Notes under the pieces: generated by a model
Databases searched by the model: none
What the model was told of the DNA's origin: nothing
What the model saw: the letters and a program-made list of their open reading frames with translations, nothing else
Virus record (IMG/VR): IMGVR_UViG_3300025296_000050
Coordinates: 1 to 38,153 of that record
Source: a virus
Taxonomy: Duplodnaviria > Caudoviricetes
DNA length: 38,153 nt
Reading direction: 5' to 3' (one strand)
Translations under genes and position numbers: made by a program
Part shown: one piece after another, positions 34,917 to 38,153 of the stretch
How positions within the stretch are numbered: the stretch's first letter is position 1
Layout of the letters: every line of letters begins with the position of its first letter

Positions 34917-35224
34917 CAAAACCCGAGCGGGTGATAATTATGGCCGGACCCATAGTAGCAGGCCATTCCCCGACCATCGACGAGGAAAATAGTAAACGTT
35001 CCCGCCGGGCTCACGTGCATTTCCATCATCAAGCCGTTGTCGAGCAACGCGACCCATGCTTGTTTTTCGCCGTGCCTATCGTGTAGCGCTTCCACCATGC
35101 TCGCATGGATGCCGCACACCGACATGGCGACTTGCATGGCCTTCGTGGAAGATTCCGGTTTCCCCGATTGCGGCGTGGCGACGCACCCGCCAAGAAGCAT
35201 CAGCGTGAGGATGATGCACTTCAT
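34916..35224 (-). CDS. Lipoprotein
   Basis: MKCIILTLMLLGG|C lipobox; 102 aa. Confidence 0.7.
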   Translation of the reverse strand: MKCIILTLMLLGGCVATPQSGKPESSTKAMQVAMSVCGIHASMVEALHDRHGEKQAWVALLDNGLMMEMHVSPAGTFTIFLVDGRGMACYYGSGHNYHPLGF

Positions 35225-35556
35225 TTCTGCAACTTGTTTTTGCGTTCCAAAAGCCTTTTATGCTGGCGCTTCTGGTCCTCCAACCACCTGTAACCGTCTA
35301 CGGTCGGGTGGGTTTTCATGCGGTTTTCCAATTCCCACATAGACCGGCGTAGGGCGTCAATCTGTATCTGGATAATGGCCGACCTGTTCTCGCGGCTTTG
35401 CCCCGCCACTTCCAGATTTTCTTGGACGTGTGGCGCATACTCCGACATCCAGACCGGGCGGTCTACGGTGTAGCCAAAGGTGGTCCCCCCACCAATTACC
35501 ATCAAGACTAGCAAATACCAGAACTTGAACTTTTCGGCGTGTTCCTTGATGCTCAT
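35221..35556 (-). CDS. Single-TM coiled-coil protein (holin/i-spanin candidate)
   Basis: 111 aa from ATG 35556; FWYLLVLMVIGGG TM segment then coiled coil; lysis cluster. Confidence 0.55.
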   Translation of the reverse strand: MSIKEHAEKFKFWYLLVLMVIGGGTTFGYTVDRPVWMSEYAPHVQENLEVAGQSRENRSAIIQIQIDALRRSMWELENRMKTHPTVDGYRWLEDQKRQHKRLLERKNKLQK

Positions 35557-36002
35557 TCGTAAACCTTCCGCATATCCTTCAACCGCCCGGAATAGTCGCC
35601 CTTGCTTTCGTTCGGCAAGGTGATCTCGCCACGGATAGCGCGGTGAAGCTCCCACAAGGCGTCGCGCATGGCTTTCATGTTCTTCTTGTTCATATCGGCT
35701 ACCGCCGCCGCTTCTGATCGTCGCGGCGGGAGTCCCGCTAGCATCGTATTATATGCGGCTTCCTGGGCCTCGATTTCCGCCGCCGTTACAGGCGCGCCCG
35801 ACCACTTGGCCGCACGGTCAAGATACGCCTGGCGGTTTTCTACGCCATCCCATGCCTCGGTCAGGTGAGAGAGACGGCCAGGGAAAGCCCATTGCAACAC
35901 CCGGCGAAATACCTTGTGGTCGTTGTTGAATGGCGCCGCGCTAACAAGAACCGGCTGCCAAAACAAGATTGCCGCCAAAGCAAGGATCGAAAGAGTTCTC
36001 AT
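35553..36002 (-). CDS. Putative tail-fibre assembly protein with Sec signal peptide
   Basis: MRTLSILALAAILFWQPVLVSA|AP; KWSGAPVTAAEIEA motif; immediately downstream of the fibre. Confidence 0.55.
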   Translation of the reverse strand: MRTLSILALAAILFWQPVLVSAAPFNNDHKVFRRVLQWAFPGRLSHLTEAWDGVENRQAYLDRAAKWSGAPVTAAEIEAQEAAYNTMLAGLPPRRSEAAAVADMNKKNMKAMRDALWELHRAIRGEITLPNESKGDYSGRLKDMRKVYE

Positions 36003-36020
36003 GTTACCCCCATGTTACCC

Positions 36021-37319
36021 TCATGTGCCATCGACCACTTCCACCAGGAACCGCGCCGTCCGTGTGGTCCCCGTCACCGTGATTTCGCCGGTTTGAGACA
36101 CGACATTATCGCCCAGCCATACCTCTACATCCTGAGACCCCGTGGACATGCTGTTCCCAACAATGTCCCAGGTGAAGACCATGGGCATAGAAATCGAGCC
36201 GATGCTGTTCCCCCACCCCCCAGGCCCCTGTATTGACCCGGTAACGCTCGCGTCCGGTTCGGCAACCACCATATATTCGAGAGTGCCGGCCTCATTGTCC
36301 GCTGATGCCCAAAGAAGGGAGTCGGTGCCTATCTTTATGGCGATGCCGGCGGCGGAGTTGCCGCCCTCGGTTTCGTCAACCTCCATCGTTAGAACAGTGA
36401 CCCGGACAGCCCCCGCCGTAGGGATGGACAGTGAAACGGCGGAGCCCATCTGACTGCCGCCGGCTGCTTGTGTGGCAAGCGCCGTGTCTGATGTGTGGGT
36501 GATTGAGCCGACGGCCGATAGCTTGCCGCCGGCGGCCGCCGCCTGGAATGTCGGCGCGGCCCCCGCCCCGTTGGACGTGAGGACTTGACCGGATGTTCCC
36601 GTCGCCACGCCCGCCGCGTTGCCGCTTGAATTCCAGGTGATAAGTTCGCCGTCCTCGTTATCACCGATGTTCGCGAACGTCAGTTTCGACCACGACGTAT
36701 CCGTCCCGTCGGTAATGACAACCTGGTCCGCCGTCCCGACCGCAAGCCGTTCGGAATTGCCGGAACTATCGCCGCGTACCAAGTCGCCCCGCGTGGTGAT
36801 GGGATCCGTGTAGGTTGACGGCGCGTTGGCAAGCCCGGATAGAAGTTGGAAAGCGTCCTGTTGCGCGTTGTAGACGACAAGGATTTGCGAACCCGCCTCA
36901 AGGTCACCGCTGGCAAGCGCTTGGTCCCGCGACTTCAAGATGTTCTTGGCGGTCAGCGCGCCGATTGCTAGGGTGGTCGCGCCCGTGTTCGCCGTGGTGA
37001 CTTCGATTGCGAATGTGTGGCCGTTGGCAAGCGCGCTAATGGTCCGGTTCGGCGTGACCTTGACGGAATTCGCGGCGGCCGAATAATCCGACAGCGAACC
37101 ATCCCAGTCCTTGTGCCACCGTGCGAGGATGCCCTCCAAGGCACGGGCGGCGTTGTTCACGTCGGACGGTGGCATGTTCTCCGGGAAACCGGCGTTCGCG
37201 GCGGTGCCCGTATTGTTGGCGTCCGTCGTGTCCAGATCGGTGATTTCGGCGGCACGCAAACCGCCCCAGATCAATCCCGCCGCCAGCAACGCCAGTAGGC
37301 TCGTTTTCCACTTTCGCAT
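36021..37319 (-). CDS. Tail fibre/spike protein with Sec signal peptide (432 aa)
   Basis: ATG 37319 after AAAGGA; MRKWKTSLLALLAAGLIWGGLRA|AEI; FPENMPPSDVNNAARA anchor-like motif; two GT.GQVL-type fibre repeats. Confidence 0.75.
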   Translation of the reverse strand: MRKWKTSLLALLAAGLIWGGLRAAEITDLDTTDANNTGTAANAGFPENMPPSDVNNAARALEGILARWHKDWDGSLSDYSAAANSVKVTPNRTISALANGHTFAIEVTTANTGATTLAIGALTAKNILKSRDQALASGDLEAGSQILVVYNAQQDAFQLLSGLANAPSTYTDPITTRGDLVRGDSSGNSERLAVGTADQVVITDGTDTSWSKLTFANIGDNEDGELITWNSSGNAAGVATGTSGQVLTSNGAGAAPTFQAAAAGGKLSAVGSITHTSDTALATQAAGGSQMGSAVSLSIPTAGAVRVTVLTMEVDETEGGNSAAGIAIKIGTDSLLWASADNEAGTLEYMVVAEPDASVTGSIQGPGGWGNSIGSISMPMVFTWDIVGNSMSTGSQDVEVWLGDNVVSQTGEITVTGTTRTARFLVEVVDGT

Positions 37320-37388
37320 TGTCTTATCGTCCTTTATATTCGCCCCATGATTTGGCGATATGGAGCGGGGATCATATTTGGCACCTTG

Positions 37389-37418
37389 ATGATGAGCCTT
37401 GCGCTTTCCCTCTGGCAA
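37389..37418 (-). promoter_or_regulatory. Possible late promoter for the fibre/lysis genes
   Basis: TTGCCA-18 nt-CATCAT; spacer AAAGCGCAAG resembles AAAACGTAAG. Confidence 0.35.
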
Positions 37419-37420
37419 TT

Positions 37421-38152
37421 CTAACGGTTTATTAGTTCACCCGCTGCCCCACCAGCCTGTTGACCTGCGCCAACCAACACCCCGCGAATGAACAAGTCGA
37501 TTTGCTGGGTTTCCGCTTTCGTCGGCACCCGGCTTCCCTCCAACACGTCCAACAGACGCTGGTTCATCGATTGATTACGGTTGAACAGCATCCGGGCAAG
37601 GGCCTGATTGTATTCATCGGAACCACCGCCAATCAGGCTTTGCGTTAATCGTCGTCCAATGCCGGCGCGAACCAGATCATGCCCACCTAGCGGCAGGGCG
37701 GAGCCGAGAACGGCGCCAAAATTGCCGAGACTGCTTTGCACACTAGCAACTTCCTCGGACATGGGTACCGTGCGTGAACCAGCGCCGATGGCGGCCTGGG
37801 TTTCGGCAAACTTGGTTTCGGCGACCATGGCACGACGGAATTCCGTATAGGCGCCTTGCGAGGGGAATAGCTCGCGGACTTTACCACGCAATAGGGTGTT
37901 CCCGAAGATGCGCCGCGCCGCGCTAGCCTTGTCGCCCGCCGCGTTCACTTTGTCCATCAAGGCACGGACGGCGCCGGAACGATACGCTTCTTGCGCGGAT
38001 GGCGATAGCTTGTCGATCTCGCGGCGGATGACTTCACGGTCAAGTTTGAGGAAACCGCGACCTTCTTCCAAGGCACCCAAAACCTCGGCATCGGAGCTGT
38101 AGATGCGCCGTGCCTTGGCATAGGGCGATGCCTTGCCACCCGTTGCCTTGTC
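37421..38152 (-). CDS. C-terminal part of a large ejection/internal virion protein (enters from the window edge)
   Basis: Open frame from the edge (DKATGGKASPYAKARRIYS...); helical; precedes the tail fibre. Confidence 0.65.
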   Translation of the reverse strand, partial: DKATGGKASPYAKARRIYSSDAEVLGALEEGRGFLKLDREVIRREIDKLSPSAQEAYRSGAVRALMDKVNAAGDKASAARRIFGNTLLRGKVRELFPSQGAYTEFRRAMVAETKFAETQAAIGAGSRTVPMSEEVASVQSSLGNFGAVLGSALPLGGHDLVRAGIGRRLTQSLIGGGSDEYNQALARMLFNRNQSMNQRLLDVLEGSRVPTKAETQQIDLFIRGVLVGAGQQAGGAAGELINR

Positions 38153-38153
38153 C

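Noticed and set aside
36021-36400. Diversity-generating retroelement target in the fibre C-terminus
   Set aside because: No reverse transcriptase and no template repeat seen in the window
37320-37418. 33-aa N-terminal extension of the fibre given in the ORF track
   Set aside because: TTG start without SD; ATG 37319 has AAAGGA upstream and the region looks like a promoter/leader

Overview
The window holds most of a GC-rich, short-tailed (P22/podovirus-like) tailed-phage genome. GcrA-like, DUF1376 and DnaA-CTD genes point to an alphaproteobacterial host. The gene order is circularly permuted: the minus-strand late operon runs terminase > portal > scaffold > major capsid > neck/tail > ejection proteins off the left edge. 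It resumes at the right edge with an ejection protein C-terminus > tail fibre > chaperone > lysis genes. A divergent switch at about 24.0 kb separates a leftward cro/replication/methylase/helicase operon from a rightward RecE/RecT/HNH/DUF5131 operon, and no CI-type repressor is visible. An IS1595 remnant plus a tyrosine recombinase sit at 30.9-33.6 kb. The most unusual feature is that four virion-module genes (two after the capsid gene, the tail fibre and its putative chaperone) carry Sec-type signal peptides. An O-antigen-ligase/O-oligosaccharyltransferase-like gene lies between two of them, and the cytoplasmic adaptor carries an inserted copy of a tail-fibre domain. Together these suggest periplasmic glycosylation and late assembly of virion surface proteins (hypothesis). 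All calls come from reading motifs by eye; no searches were run.
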